From the NCBI RefSeq assembly GCF_034006445.1, contig NZ_JAVESS010000010.1:28933-92932 (forward strand): DNA of 64,000 nucleotides, in the 5' to 3' direction. The stretch is from Desulfovibrio sp. (GTDB lineage: Bacteria; Desulfobacterota; Desulfovibrionia; Desulfovibrionales; Desulfovibrionaceae). The position numbers and the translations under genes were made by a program. Below the pieces are notes generated by a model. It saw only the letters and a program-made list of their open reading frames with translations. It was not told the origin of the DNA and made no database searches. Shown piece after piece: positions 45,628 to 56,363 of the stretch (within the stretch, counting starts at the first letter, position 1; every line of letters starts with the position of its first letter).

Positions 45628-47544
45628 TTGGCAAAAAACCGCGCATTGCAGCAGTGGCGGGTGGAGGATTCCATCGAACTGTACGGTATCCGCAATTGGG
45701 GTGCCGGATATTTTGACGTTTCCGATGCGGGCGAAGTGGTTATTTGTCCGCAGGGCCCCAAGGGCCCGCAGGTTTCAATACCGGAGATCATCTCCGGCCT
45801 GCGGGACAGGGGCCACGACATGCCCGTGCTTTTGCGCGTGGAAAATATTTTGGACTCGCGCATAGCGAATATTCACGAGAGTTTTCGCAAGGCCATCAAG
45901 AATCTCAGCTATACCGGGGCCTATCGCGGCGTTTTTCCCATCAAGGTAAACCAGCAGCAGCAGGTGGTTGAAAAAATCGCCCAGTTCGGGGCGCAGTACC
46001 ATCACGGGCTTGAGGTCGGCTCCAAGGCCGAACTCATCGCCGCCGTGTCGCTGATGCTGGACCGCGAGGCCTGCATTATCTGCAACGGCTACAAGGACGA
46101 GGAATTCATGGATCTGGGGCTTCAGGCTCTGCGCCTGGGCTTCAACGTCTTTTTCGTGCTTGAAATGCCCAGTGAACTTGGCGTGCTGCTTGAGCGCAGC
46201 AAGGTTCTTGGCGTGCGGCCCAACATTGGCGTGCGCGCCAAGCTGGCTGTAAAGGCTGGCGGGCACTGGACGGATTCCGGCGGAGAGCGTTCGACCTTCG
46301 GCCTTTCCCCCGCCCAGATCGTGGACGTGGTGGATACGCTCAAGGCTCATGACATGCTTGATTGCTTCAAGCTGCTGCACTACCACCTGGGTTCGCAGGT
46401 TTCCAACATCCGTGACATCCGTACAGGCGTCATGGAAGGCACGCGCCTTTACGCGGGCCTTGTGGAAGAGGGCGCGCCCATGGGCTACCTTGACCTTGGC
46501 GGCGGCCTTGCCGTTGACTATGACGGCTCGCATACCAACTACATTTCTTCGCGCAACTACAGTCTGGACGAATACTGCACAGACGTGGTGGAAGCCATCA
46601 TGAGCACCCTGGATGAGGCCAATGTGCCCCATCCGCATATTATCACCGAATCGGGGCGCGCCACCGTGGCCTACTATTCGGTGCTGCTGTTCAACGTGCT
46701 GGACGTGAGCATTATTGAAGAGGTGCAGCTGCCCGACGTTCTGGCCGAAGGCACGCCGGAACCCGTGCAAAACCTGCGCGAAACGCTGGCCAACATCAGC
46801 CTGCGCAACTTGCAGGAATGTTATAACGACGCCATCTACTACCGTGACGAGATGCGGCAGCTTTTTTCAATGGGCCGCGCGAACCTGCGCCAGCGGACGT
46901 TGGCCGAGCGTTTTTTCTGGGCCATCATGATGCGTATCGCTCAGGAAAAAACCCGACTCAAGAACGTGCCCCGCGATCTGGCCGATATTGATGTGAGCCT
47001 GGCCGACATCTATTACGGCAACTTCAGCGTGTTTCAGTCCTTGCCGGACACCTGGGCCATTGACCAGCTTTTCCCGGTCATGCCCATCCACAGGCTCAAG
47101 GAGTTTCCGGCGCGGCACGCCATTATTTCGGACATTACCTGCGATTCGGACGGCCGCATCGACCAGTTCATTGACCCGCAGGGCATGAAGCCCACGCTGG
47201 AGCTGCATCCCCTGCGTGACGGCGAAGAATATTATCTTGGCGTGTTCCTTGTGGGCGCATATCAGGAAACCCTTGGCGACCTGCATAACCTCATGGGGGA
47301 CACCAACGTCGTGTCCATCCGCGTGGGCGAGGACGGAAGATATGAGTATGTGCGCGAAATTCGCGGCGACTCTGTGGCGGACATTCTGAGCTATGTGGAA
47401 TATGACCCGCGCCGCATACTTGAAGACCTGCGCGACACTGCCGAGCAGGCCGTGCGCCAGGGCCGCATTTCGCCCAGCGACAGGTTCTCCATCATGCAGG
47501 CATTTGAAGACGGTTTGCGCGGCTATACCTATTTTGAAAGGTAG
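45628..47544 (+). CDS. speA: Biosynthetic arginine decarboxylase
   Basis: WGAGYF, VFPIKVNQ, GLEVGSKAEL, HYHLGSQ, DLGGGLAVDYDG, TCDSDG, GAYQETLG; TTG start after AAGGAG. Confidence 0.95.
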   Translation: MAKNRALQQWRVEDSIELYGIRNWGAGYFDVSDAGEVVICPQGPKGPQVSIPEIISGLRDRGHDMPVLLRVENILDSRIANIHESFRKAIKNLSYTGAYRGVFPIKVNQQQQVVEKIAQFGAQYHHGLEVGSKAELIAAVSLMLDREACIICNGYKDEEFMDLGLQALRLGFNVFFVLEMPSELGVLLERSKVLGVRPNIGVRAKLAVKAGGHWTDSGGERSTFGLSPAQIVDVVDTLKAHDMLDCFKLLHYHLGSQVSNIRDIRTGVMEGTRLYAGLVEEGAPMGYLDLGGGLAVDYDGSHTNYISSRNYSLDEYCTDVVEAIMSTLDEANVPHPHIITESGRATVAYYSVLLFNVLDVSIIEEVQLPDVLAEGTPEPVQNLRETLANISLRNLQECYNDAIYYRDEMRQLFSMGRANLRQRTLAERFFWAIMMRIAQEKTRLKNVPRDLADIDVSLADIYYGNFSVFQSLPDTWAIDQLFPVMPIHRLKEFPARHAIISDITCDSDGRIDQFIDPQGMKPTLELHPLRDGEEYYLGVFLVGAYQETLGDLHNLMGDTNVVSIRVGEDGRYEYVREIRGDSVADILSYVEYDPRRILEDLRDTAEQAVRQGRISPSDRFSIMQAFEDGLRGYTYFER

Positions 47545-47655
47545 GCCGTTGCAAAAAAGGCGTTTCAGTAGAGCGGAGCGCCTTTGAGAATGGACACTCC
47601 CCCAATAAGGTACGCCCGTTACATGACGTAACAGGGCAAATACGCTTACAGCGAA

Positions 47656-47730
47656 CCAAAACAGGCGACGGGCATCGGCCCGCCGCCTGTTTTGGCGTGT
47701 TTTGGCGTATTTTGGCGTGTTTTGGCGCGT
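47656..47730. terminator. Hairpin between convergent speA and DGC genes plus 10-bp tandem repeat
   Basis: CCAAAACAGGCG...CGCCTGTTTTGG stem; TTTGGCGTGT x4 at 47691-47730. Confidence 0.55.
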
Positions 47731-47766
47731 TGTACCGTGCTGATGTGCCCTGTCCTGCGGCGTCAG

Positions 47767-49152
47767 TCAGGCCTGCTGCCCACGGGGTGCGTTGCGCACG
47801 CTGCCGTGTGACTGCTTGTCCCTGTACATGGCCTGGTCAGCCCGCGAAAGCAGCACGTCCAGATCCGTGCCGTGGTCGGGGTATGTAGCCATGCCCACGC
47901 TGAATGTGATGGCGACGGGAATGCCCTCGGCAGGCAATCCATTGGCTAATTCACGCCGCGCATTTTCCAGGGCCTCCTGTGTTCGGGCCACGTCATTTTC
48001 ACCTGGCAGTATGAGAATGAACTCGTCACCGCCTATGCGGGCAAGGGCGTGGGGTTTGGGAGCGTATTTGTGCATGATGGCCGCAAAGTGCTGCAGCACC
48101 CTGTCTCCAGCCTTGTGCCCGTAATCATCGTTAATGGGCTTGAATTTGTTCAGGTCAAGATAGTACAGGCTGAATTTTTTTTCAGGGTTGGTTTCTATTC
48201 GCTGGCCAAGATCGTTAAAGAGCCCGCGCCTGTTCAGACAGCCTGTCAGGGCGTCGATATACACAATCTCTTCCAGGCGGCGATGCGCCAGAGCCATGTC
48301 GTACCTGCGCTGGGCCAGCATGGAAACCAGCAGGCTGAGCAAAACGCTGGAGCCAACGTAAAGCCATGTTTCCGTGAGCTGGTACCATGCCCTCTTTGCA
48401 GAGAGTTTGAAAAACCACTTGCCATTGAGTATGTGCACAGGCATTTCCACGTAGGGAGCGCCCCGGGATTCAGGACTGGCGCCCTTGGCGAGTATCTGAC
48501 GGGTGCCGCCGTAAGGGCTTTCGCGCCAGATTTCATAGGGCAGGCCCAGTTCGTCAAGCAGCCGCAATTCCGCGCCCTTCAGCACTTCAGGAAAATTGAG
48601 AGCAATGGAAACAATGCCCCAAAACTGCCTGGGCTTGTTCTTGGCGTCTGTATAGATCGACAATCGGCCTATGAGGGCCGTGCCGCCTGTCATGATGGGC
48701 ACGGGCCCCGCCATGACTATAGGGCTGCTGTGCCTGGCCTGCCGTATGCTCTCCCAACTGCCAAAAGAGTAAGTCAGTATGTCCTTGCCCAGCAGTATTT
48801 CGTTGCCCGGTATGGGATACGCATGGCTCACAATGCCCTTGGGCGCCATGATGATGCCTTGAATGCAGGGGTCGTCAAGCAGCGCGGCTGCCACTTGCTC
48901 AAAATTTTCAACCTTACCGCTGGCCGTAATGGTTATTGCAGCAAGTGTCTGTATTTTATAGAAATATTTTGTCAGTGAGCTTGTCAGTTTATCTATTTGC
49001 AGCGTAATGACGCTTTGGAGTTCAGCTATGCGCATCTGCGCGTTGCGCTGCACAAGAAAATCTGCTCCCAGCAAGGTCAGTGACAGTGAAATTGCAAGCG
49101 CCACGAAAAAATGCCGACAGTCTTTCAAACATCTGCGCATGCAAGCCTCCAT
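47767..49152 (-). CDS. CHASE-sensor diguanylate cyclase
   Basis: N-terminal TM, CHASE-like region (GIVSHAYP...AGPVP...FWGIVS), second TM, DALTGCLNRR, DLNKFKPINDDYGH, RIGGDEF. Confidence 0.9.
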   Translation of the reverse strand: MEACMRRCLKDCRHFFVALAISLSLTLLGADFLVQRNAQMRIAELQSVITLQIDKLTSSLTKYFYKIQTLAAITITASGKVENFEQVAAALLDDPCIQGIIMAPKGIVSHAYPIPGNEILLGKDILTYSFGSWESIRQARHSSPIVMAGPVPIMTGGTALIGRLSIYTDAKNKPRQFWGIVSIALNFPEVLKGAELRLLDELGLPYEIWRESPYGGTRQILAKGASPESRGAPYVEMPVHILNGKWFFKLSAKRAWYQLTETWLYVGSSVLLSLLVSMLAQRRYDMALAHRRLEEIVYIDALTGCLNRRGLFNDLGQRIETNPEKKFSLYYLDLNKFKPINDDYGHKAGDRVLQHFAAIMHKYAPKPHALARIGGDEFILILPGENDVARTQEALENARRELANGLPAEGIPVAITFSVGMATYPDHGTDLDVLLSRADQAMYRDKQSHGSVRNAPRGQQA

Positions 49153-50212
49153 ATGCTGCCGGAAGTGACTTCACGTTGCCCCTCATGCAATCTTTGCCAA
49201 AGCTACTCTTTGACAGTAGAGGGTCGCTGTCGTGGTGATTGTGCCATGTGAGAGGCCTCAGTTCTCAGTCGGATATGGCGGCCTTTCGCAGCGCTGCTTT
49301 TGCTGGTGCATACTGGCAGCGTGCAGGTGATGACAGGGGCGCGTATGCTGCTGGTCAGCATGGACGCGTTGCGGCTGCCCGAATCACGGGCGCGGCAATG
49401 TATGGGTAAAAAATCGTATCCGTACGGGTTGCCCGTCACGCCGTAGGGGGTGGGGGCACGGCCTGTGGTGCGTTCAGACGGTTGCGTGTTGGCGACAAGT
49501 CTTTGTTGCGCCGTCGTCCCTCTGACTGATCCACCTTCCCTGCCTGGTGGCAAGGCTGGCGAAAATCTGATTGTCTGGCGCGGTTTTTATTCCATTAAAG
49601 CAAAAATCTTATGATGTTCACAGCAATTGATATGAACAATTTGTGTAAAGAAGGTCAGAGTTGCTGTTGTGTAGTGGAAACAGCCATTGTTAATTGATAT
49701 AATACTACACAGTGGAGTTTTAAAATGTGCAGTACGCAAATTTTACCAGCACCTGTTGCAGAATATTATATATAAAGTATGTATTATGTGTTGCTATGCG
49801 CCATAAAAAACTATTACCCATTTGAGTTAAGGATGGCATGTGCAATAAAAATTGAAACAAAATGGCATTGAAAACTATTTCGGCGTACAAACAAAAATTA
49901 TAAAATACAAAAAATTTTATAAAAAGTGTACAGCTTCGCACAGTAACGTAGCGATTTTGCGTAGTTGTTTTTTATTAGTAGTAAAACATATTGCATGGTT
50001 CTTCAATAATAAAATAATGCCTGCGTTAAAGGTATGTTACGAATGCACCTCCATCCGCAAAGGCAAAAAGACAAATCGGTTCACTGGCATGGCTCAGGTC
50101 AGGTTGGAACAGGGCGGCGGGTAAAATGCGAAAGATTCTCTCGTAAAGGCAGCTTGGTTTGTGGGGGTATTATCCCCCCCCCAAAAAAAGTTGCCCAAAT
50201 TCTGTTGGACAC

Positions 50213-50247
50213 AGAAAAAGCCCTTACGATTTTCATCGTAAGGGCTT
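50213..50247 (-). terminator. Rho-independent terminator after tRNA-Arg
   Basis: AAGCCCTTACGAT-tttc-ATCGTAAGGGCTT with a T-run on the minus strand. Confidence 0.78.
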
Positions 50248-50257
50248 GATTCTTTAG

Positions 50258-50334
50258 TGGTGCGCCCGAAGAGATTCGAACTCCTGACCTACAGGTTCGT
50301 AGCCTGTTGCTCTATCCAGCTGAGCTACGAGCGC
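50258..50334 (-). tRNA. tRNA-Arg (anticodon ACG)
   Basis: GCGCTCGTAGCTCAGCTGGATAGAGC...CT-ACG-AA...GTTCGAATC...CGGGCGCACCA; 77 nt; encoded CCA. Confidence 0.97.
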
Positions 50335-50519
50335 GCAACGAAGGGGAATCTATATTAAGTCGCAGTGGCCGTCAAGCTTTTTTCCAAAATATTTTTTGAA
50401 AATCTGCGAACTTAGTTGAAATTTTCAAAAAGCGCACACGCCATTGCGTGCACCGTCAGCGCGCGAGCACTGTCAAAAACACAATAAACCGTCGGCAGAA
50501 AAATCTGCCCTCAAAGGCA

Positions 50520-50786
50520 CTAGGCTTCGATGCCGTTAACGGCGCGAGCCAGGCGCGAAATCTTGCGCGCGGCCTTCTTCCAGTGCATGGCGCCCTTGCT
50601 GGCAGCCTTGGAAAGCACGGAAGTGGCGGCCACCAGAGCTTCATTGGCCTGAGCCTTGTCGGTGGTCGTGATGGCGGAACGCACCTGTTTGATGGCGTTC
50701 TTCACGCGGGTACGGGCGGCGCGGTTACGACCGGCCCTCTGCAAGCTCTGCCTGTGACGCTTGATGGCTGACTTATGGTTGGCCAC
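50520..50786 (-). CDS. rpsT: 30S ribosomal protein S20
   Basis: [10 protein letters not shown]...[12 protein letters not shown]; GTG start after GGAGG. Confidence 0.96.
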   Translation of the reverse strand: MANHKSAIKRHRQSLQRAGRNRAARTRVKNAIKQVRSAITTTDKAQANEALVAATSVLSKAASKGAMHWKKAARKISRLARAVNGIEA

Positions 50787-51002
50787 GGTATCCTCCACTA
50801 TGTTGGGCTTGCGCTGGCAAGCCATGAGTCCGAATTCTGATGCGCTATCGCGAAGACGGGTTGTTAGCACAGCCCCGTATGGCTGTCAAGCTTTGCGCCG
50901 GAATTCCGGCGGCATTCTTTCTTTTTGTCAACCATTCCGGTTGTTCCTCTCCCACCGACGGGCAGGCAGGAACAACCGGAATGGGAACATACTCGCACAG
51001 GA

Positions 51003-53087
51003 CTATATTTGCAAGGCCGCAAAATCGGCCAGACGGGCAAAACGCCCACCCAGGGCCTGCAGCATGGCCAGGCGGTTGCGCCGCAGGGCCGTGTCATCGC
51101 ACATGACCATGACGCCGTCAAAAAAAGCGTCCACGGCAGGGCGCACTTCGCTGAGGCAGGCCAGTGCGCCAGCGTGATCCTGCGCTGTCCACATCTGGTC
51201 AAGCTTCGGCAGCAGTTGATCCAGCGTGGCGGCCAGGGCCTTTTCCGCATCTTCCTGCAGAAGATCCGCTGCCCACAGGGCAGGAATTTCCTCGGCCTGG
51301 CCCTGCTTGCGCAGGATGTTGGCCACGCGCTTGAAAGTCTGCGCAGCCTCGGCAAAGCCAGCCTCACGGCTGAAGGTCGCCAGGGCGGCCAGACGTGCGC
51401 CGCATTCTTTTACCTGTGCGGAACCTGCGCCAAGCACTGCGTCAACCAGCAGGGTATCCTGTCCCTGACTCATGAAATAGTTGCGCAGCCGGGCGGCGAA
51501 AAATTCCATCAGCTTGTCGAGCGCTTCGGCAGGGGGCAATTTCCACTGCCTGTCGCCGTACAGTTCCTGCGCTTTGGCGAAAACCTGGCGCATGTCCAGC
51601 GGCAGGCCGAAATCCAGCACAATGCGTATGATGCCCAAGGCGCAACGGCGAAGGCCGTTGGGGTCTGCAGCGCCGGTGGGTATCATGCCAAGGCCGAAGC
51701 AGCCCGCGAGGGTGTCGGCCTTGTCGGCCAGTGACAAAAGCGCTCCGGCCATGCTGTGCGGCAGGGGAGAATCCGGCCCGGCAGGCAGGTACTGCTCGGC
51801 AACGGCCTGGGCCACAGTGGCGTTTTCGCCTTTGCGCCCGGCGTAGATGCCGCCCATGATGCCCTGAAGCGTATCAAATTCGCCCACAAGCCCGCTGACG
51901 AGGTCAGCCTTGGAAAGCCGCCCGGCGCGCGCGGCGTCGGAAGCGAGGTCAGGTGCGCATTTTTCAGCCAGCCATTGACACAGCGCTTCAAGACGGCGTG
52001 TCTTGTCGCCCATGCTGCCAAGGCCACCGATAAAGATGACCGTATCAAGCTTTTGCAGCCAGTGGTCAAAGGTTTCGCGCAGGTCGGCGCGCCAGAAGAA
52101 ACGGGCATCGTCGAGGCGGGCGCGCAGCACCCGTTCCCACCCGCGTTTGACAATATCCATGTCCTCGGGGGTGATGTTGAGAACCGTCAGAAAATGCGGC
52201 AGCAGCTGGCCCTGGGCGTCTTCAATGCCAAAGCTTTTCTGGTGGCTTTCCATACTGGTCAGCAGCACCTCGCGCGGGACCTCAAGGTAGGCCGGATCAA
52301 AATCCGCCAGCAGGGGCACGGGATGCTCGGAAAGCCCCTGCACCTCGTCAAGGAGGCTGTCTTTCCACAGTACCTTGCCCTTGGCGGCCACGGCCTGGGC
52401 ATTGCCGCCCTCGATGATGATCTTGCGGCGCTCCGCCGGATCAAGGGTAATGGCGCACGGCCCGGCCAGGATTTTCAGAAAATCGTCGGCATGGGCCACA
52501 GCAAAGGGGCCGGGGCCGTGGATGCGGTGGCCGCAGGTTTCGCGCCCGGAGGTCATGGGGCCAACCTCAAAGGGGATGACCTCATTGTCCAACAGGGCCA
52601 GTATCCAGCGCAGGGGCCGGGCGTAGGCAAACGAGTAATCGCCCCACCGCATGCGCTTGGCAAAGGGCAGGGCCGTGATGACGGCCGGGCATATGGCCGC
52701 CAGCAGGCCGTTGGCGTTCGCGCCGCCGGTGTGCTTGCGCACGGCGACATAGACGCCTTTTTCGGTTTCCTGCTGAAAAACGTCGTCCAGGGTGCAGCCA
52801 TTGGTGCGCACAAAGCCTTCAAGGGCCTTGGTGGCCTTGCCTTCGGCGTCGTATGCCACGCGAACGGGCGGCCCGGCCACGATATCCTCGCGTTCAACCT
52901 GCACGGGATTGAGATTTTCAATCATGACCACGGCGCGACGCGGCGTGCTCATGACACGCAGACCGCCATATTCCAGACCGGCTTCATCAAGGGCCGCGGC
53001 AAATCTTGCGGAGAGTTCCGCCTCTTCGGGAGCCAGAAAACGGGAGGGCAGTTCTTCGCTGCCAATTTCAAGCACAAAGGTGGCCAC
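51003..53087 (-). CDS. glyS: Glycine--tRNA ligase beta subunit
   Basis: FVLEIGSEELP, TPRR, MRWG, KADLVSGLVGEF..LQG, DPNGLRR, LRRNRL; GTG start. Confidence 0.96.
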   Translation of the reverse strand: MATFVLEIGSEELPSRFLAPEEAELSARFAAALDEAGLEYGGLRVMSTPRRAVVMIENLNPVQVEREDIVAGPPVRVAYDAEGKATKALEGFVRTNGCTLDDVFQQETEKGVYVAVRKHTGGANANGLLAAICPAVITALPFAKRMRWGDYSFAYARPLRWILALLDNEVIPFEVGPMTSGRETCGHRIHGPGPFAVAHADDFLKILAGPCAITLDPAERRKIIIEGGNAQAVAAKGKVLWKDSLLDEVQGLSEHPVPLLADFDPAYLEVPREVLLTSMESHQKSFGIEDAQGQLLPHFLTVLNITPEDMDIVKRGWERVLRARLDDARFFWRADLRETFDHWLQKLDTVIFIGGLGSMGDKTRRLEALCQWLAEKCAPDLASDAARAGRLSKADLVSGLVGEFDTLQGIMGGIYAGRKGENATVAQAVAEQYLPAGPDSPLPHSMAGALLSLADKADTLAGCFGLGMIPTGAADPNGLRRCALGIIRIVLDFGLPLDMRQVFAKAQELYGDRQWKLPPAEALDKLMEFFAARLRNYFMSQGQDTLLVDAVLGAGSAQVKECGARLAALATFSREAGFAEAAQTFKRVANILRKQGQAEEIPALWAADLLQEDAEKALAATLDQLLPKLDQMWTAQDHAGALACLSEVRPAVDAFFDGVMVMCDDTALRRNRLAMLQALGGRFARLADFAALQI

Positions 53088-53091
53088 GGCT

Positions 53092-53970
53092 TTACCTCGC
53101 ATCCTTTTTGAGCATGGGATAGCCCAGTTCTTCGCGCTGAGCTGCGTACAGGCGGGCCACGCCCGCCGCCAGGGCCCGCACCCGGCCGATGTAGCCTGTG
53201 CGTTCAGTGATGGATATGGCCCCGCGCGCGTCCAGCAGGTTGAAGGTATGCGAACACTTCAGGCAGTAATCATAGGCGGGCCAGGGCAGCCCCAGCTCCA
53301 GCATGGCCTTGCACTGGCCTTCGAAATCGCTGAAATGGCGCAGCAGCATTTGCGCGTCGCTGACTTCAAAGTTGTGGCGTGACTGTTCCACTTCGTTCTG
53401 GTGGTAGATGTGGCCATAGGTCACATCCTTGTTCCAGGCCAGATCGTAAACGGATTCCACACCCTGAAGATACATGGTCAGGCGTTCAAGGCCGTAGGTC
53501 AGTTCAACGCTCACGGGCGAAAGGTCAATGCCGCCCACCTGCTGAAAGTAGGTGAACTGGCTTACTTCCATGCCGTTGAGCCATACTTCCCAGCCGAGTC
53601 CCCAGGCGCCGAGGGTGGGGGATTCCCAGTCGTCTTCCACAAAGCGTATGTCGTGCTGGGCGGGATTGATGCCCAGGGCATTGAGGCTTTGCAGATAGAG
53701 GTCCTGCACATTGTCCGGCGAGGGCTTCATGATGACCTGAAACTGGAAGTAGCGCTGCAGGCGATTGGGATTTTCGCCGTAGCGCCCGTCAGTGGGACGC
53801 CGTGAAGGCTCCACGTAGGCCACGCTCCAGGGTTCGGGACCGATAACCCGCAAAAAGGTATGGGGGTTGAAGGTGCCTGCCCCGCATTCCACACCGGAGG
53901 GCTGCTCGATGACACAGCCCTGCCTCGCCCAGTAATCTTGTAGGGTGAGTATCACGTCCTGAAAATACAT
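53092..53970 (-). CDS. glyQ: Glycine--tRNA ligase alpha subunit
   Basis: [46 protein letters not shown]. Confidence 0.97.
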   Translation of the reverse strand: MYFQDVILTLQDYWARQGCVIEQPSGVECGAGTFNPHTFLRVIGPEPWSVAYVEPSRRPTDGRYGENPNRLQRYFQFQVIMKPSPDNVQDLYLQSLNALGINPAQHDIRFVEDDWESPTLGAWGLGWEVWLNGMEVSQFTYFQQVGGIDLSPVSVELTYGLERLTMYLQGVESVYDLAWNKDVTYGHIYHQNEVEQSRHNFEVSDAQMLLRHFSDFEGQCKAMLELGLPWPAYDYCLKCSHTFNLLDARGAISITERTGYIGRVRALAAGVARLYAAQREELGYPMLKKDAR

Positions 53971-53981
53971 GTGCTGTCCTT

Positions 53982-54131
53982 TATAGCAGATTAACGTTGA
54001 GAATGTAGATTCTTAACGTTTAAAATTCGCTCGCTTCGGTGCTTGATAGCGCAAGTAAATAGCGCTGACACCTTTGCGGCGGGCGTCTGCTTACGCAGCC
54101 GCCAGAGCAGCTTCAAAGTGAAGTTGCCCCA
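53982..54131. mobile_element. MITE-like element, family D copy 1 (degenerate, 150 bp)
   Basis: TATAGCAGATTAAC.TTGAGAAT...GCGGGCGTCTGCTT...CCGCCAGAGCA..TTCAAAGTGAA.TTGC; colinear with 54205-54354. Confidence 0.72.
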
Positions 54132-54204
54132 GGAACGCTGATGAAACGGATGACGACTCGTTGCCATGACAGGGCGCACAGTGCGCGCACCCCCCCCGAA
54201 ACCC

Positions 54205-54354
54205 TTGAGCAGATTAACTTTGAGAATATACATTCTCAAAGTTTAAGGCACACTCACCTCGGCGTTTAACCGCGCAGATAAACTGTGCTTACGCCTCAGT
54301 AGCGGGCGTCTGCTTCCGCATCCGCCAGAGCAATTTCAAAGTGAAATTGCTCTA
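54205..54354. mobile_element. MITE-like element, family D copy 2 (150 bp)
   Basis: TTGAGCAGATTAACTTTGAG...GAAATTGCTCTA; ends resemble those of family C. Confidence 0.75.
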
Positions 54355-54506
54355 ATAGTCTGCCACTGTGCGCAGGGCAGCGGCATTGAAGGCAAAAAGC
54401 CGCCAGTCAATGGTTCCCTGTTATGCAGTGCCCCCGTGGTCTGGCAAAAAAAATCCCTGAACCAGACCCAAAAACCGTAAACCACAAGCCCGGCGAACCG
54501 TTCCTG

Positions 54507-55259
54507 TCATACGCGGCGAAAAAAGCCCCCTTCCCACGCCAGCCCCAGGTGGTATTGCACAAAGCCGTCAATAACCCGCGAGCAGGCCCGCCGGTCCGCT
54601 GGAGGCAGTTCCTCCGCGTGCCAGGCGGATGGCAATTCTTGCTGCACATGGCGCAAAAGGTCAAGTCCGTCGGCGCTCAGTTCCACGCCATAGCGCACTG
54701 GCCCGGCCTCGGCACGGCAGGATGGGCAGCGCACGTGCCCTTCGTCCACCACAAACTGTCCGGGGCCGTTGAGTTCACAGCCGCAGTGACCGCACACGTC
54801 AAGGCTTGGCGCAAAACCCAGAGCACCCGCCAGGCGCAAGCGGAAGAAAAGGGGAAAAAGCGCGGGCAGCGCTGCGGCTTCCTCAAGGGTTCGCCGCATG
54901 TCTTCCACCAGCTCAAAGGCTTCGTCCGCCCCTTCGTCTCCCACCCCGAGAGCCTCCACAAAGCGCAGGCAATTGGCGGCAAGGCCCATACGCCGCCAGT
55001 CGCGCCGAAGCGCCTGGGGGCCGTTCAGCAGCACGGCTTCTTCCAGGTTGAGAAATCCGCCGCGCGGCGAGGTTTTCACCCGGCAGTGCAGGCTGTTGAG
55101 CACGTCAAGGCAGCCGCAAAAGCGACGCCTGCTTCTGCTGCCGCCAAAGGCGAACAGCGTCAGCAGGCCGTGCTTGCGACAAAGGGTCTTCAGCCAGAGG
55201 TCCGACTCACGAAAGTGCCCCATGCGCAGCACAAGCGCGTGATCGGCCCATTCCGTCAT
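54507..55259 (-). CDS. recO: DNA repair protein RecO
   Basis: FRESDLW, AFGGSRSRRRF, Zn-finger CGHCG...CPSC. Confidence 0.92.
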   Translation of the reverse strand: MTEWADHALVLRMGHFRESDLWLKTLCRKHGLLTLFAFGGSRSRRRFCGCLDVLNSLHCRVKTSPRGGFLNLEEAVLLNGPQALRRDWRRMGLAANCLRFVEALGVGDEGADEAFELVEDMRRTLEEAAALPALFPLFFRLRLAGALGFAPSLDVCGHCGCELNGPGQFVVDEGHVRCPSCRAEAGPVRYGVELSADGLDLLRHVQQELPSAWHAEELPPADRRACSRVIDGFVQYHLGLAWEGGFFRRV

Positions 55260-56227
55260 GGGAGTGCCGGAGGGAAGGTCAGCGTGCGTACCTGACCGGT
55301 TGCGCCCACGGGGGGGAGTTCCTCGCCATCATAGCGCAGGCGCACTCCGCCCGCATTGCCGAGCTTGAGTTCCAGACTCTTGGTGAACGTAAGGGCAAAG
55401 GTGTCGCCCTTGCGCAGGGAAAACTGCCTCGTATCGGTATGGTCGGCATTGGAATGCACCCAGCATTCTTCCGTGGCCGTAATGATGACCTTGTGGGGGC
55501 CAGTCACAGGCGTCTGCGGAGATGTGGGGGCCGATGTGGCGGCTGACGCTGCGGCTGGGCCAGTGGTTGCGGCAGTGCCCGGCGTTGTGGCGGGCGCAGC
55601 CGGTGCGGAGGCCTGCGCGCCAGCGGTTTCGCCACGCTGCGCGCCGGAAGCGGCGGGCGCTGCGGAGCGGCCAGCCTGCGGCCCGCTGTCTGTGGCGGCT
55701 GCGGCGGGTTGCCCGGCAGTGCCACTCTGGCGTGCCTCACGGCCAAGGTTGCGGGCCTCTGTTCCCACAGGCGGCGTTTCCGCAGTGTCCGGGCTTTGCA
55801 TGGGTGCGGGCTGCGCCTGGCGGCGCGTCTGGCTGGTCAAAACATCCAGTGCGCCGTGCTGCCAGACCAGGTAAACGCCAATACCCAGCAGCAGAACGAC
55901 AAAGACGGACAAAAAGGGTTTGAAATTGCGCCTTGGGGCCAGAGTGACGTCCGGCAGGGGCGTCTGCTGTATCAAAGCTTCTTCGTTTTCAGCCTCCAGA
56001 GCGGACAGGGCCGCGCTGATTTCTTCGGCTGAAAGCCCCACATATGCGGAGTACGAACGAATGAAACCCTTGGTATATGCCAGATGGGGCAAAGAAGCGG
56101 AGTCACCGGCTTCGAGCGCGCGCAAAAGGCGTGCGCCTATCTTCAGGTGGTTGGCCGCATCTTCAATGCTGAGGCCCCTTTTTTCGCGCTCCGCGCGAAG
56201 GACCGCGCCCAGTTCCTCTAAGGTCAT
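55256..56227 (-). CDS. rodZ: RodZ-like HTH / DUF4115 membrane protein
   Basis: LGAVLRAEREKRGLS, YTKGFIRSYSAYVGL, single TM, CWV...LKLGNAGGV. Confidence 0.85.
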   Translation of the reverse strand: MTLEELGAVLRAEREKRGLSIEDAANHLKIGARLLRALEAGDSASLPHLAYTKGFIRSYSAYVGLSAEEISAALSALEAENEEALIQQTPLPDVTLAPRRNFKPFLSVFVVLLLGIGVYLVWQHGALDVLTSQTRRQAQPAPMQSPDTAETPPVGTEARNLGREARQSGTAGQPAAAATDSGPQAGRSAAPAASGAQRGETAGAQASAPAAPATTPGTAATTGPAAASAATSAPTSPQTPVTGPHKVIITATEECWVHSNADHTDTRQFSLRKGDTFALTFTKSLELKLGNAGGVRLRYDGEELPPVGATGQVRTLTFPPALP

Positions 56228-56363
56228 GCAAAGCCTCGATAAAGGTCTTTGCCGCCCCGTGGGCGGCTGTTGCCGGTGGCTGTCCCGGCCTGAGGCCAAG
56301 GACGGTACGCCGCCGGAATGGCGCGGCGCGGCCGGGGGCCACGCGCACGCCTGAACGGTTATG

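Noticed and set aside
47609-47618. att-site duplicate of the tRNA-Arg 3' end (GGTACGCCCG vs GGTGCGCCCG)
   Set aside because: Only 9 of 10 bases match, which is expected by chance; no integrase
49153-49560. c-di-GMP riboswitch upstream of the diguanylate cyclase
   Set aside because: The GGCAAA...GAAA...GACGCAAAGC core is not present on the minus strand
53971-54400. T-box leader for glyQS
   Set aside because: No T-box consensus (AGGGTGG.ACCGCG) on the coding strand; the region is explained by family D elements
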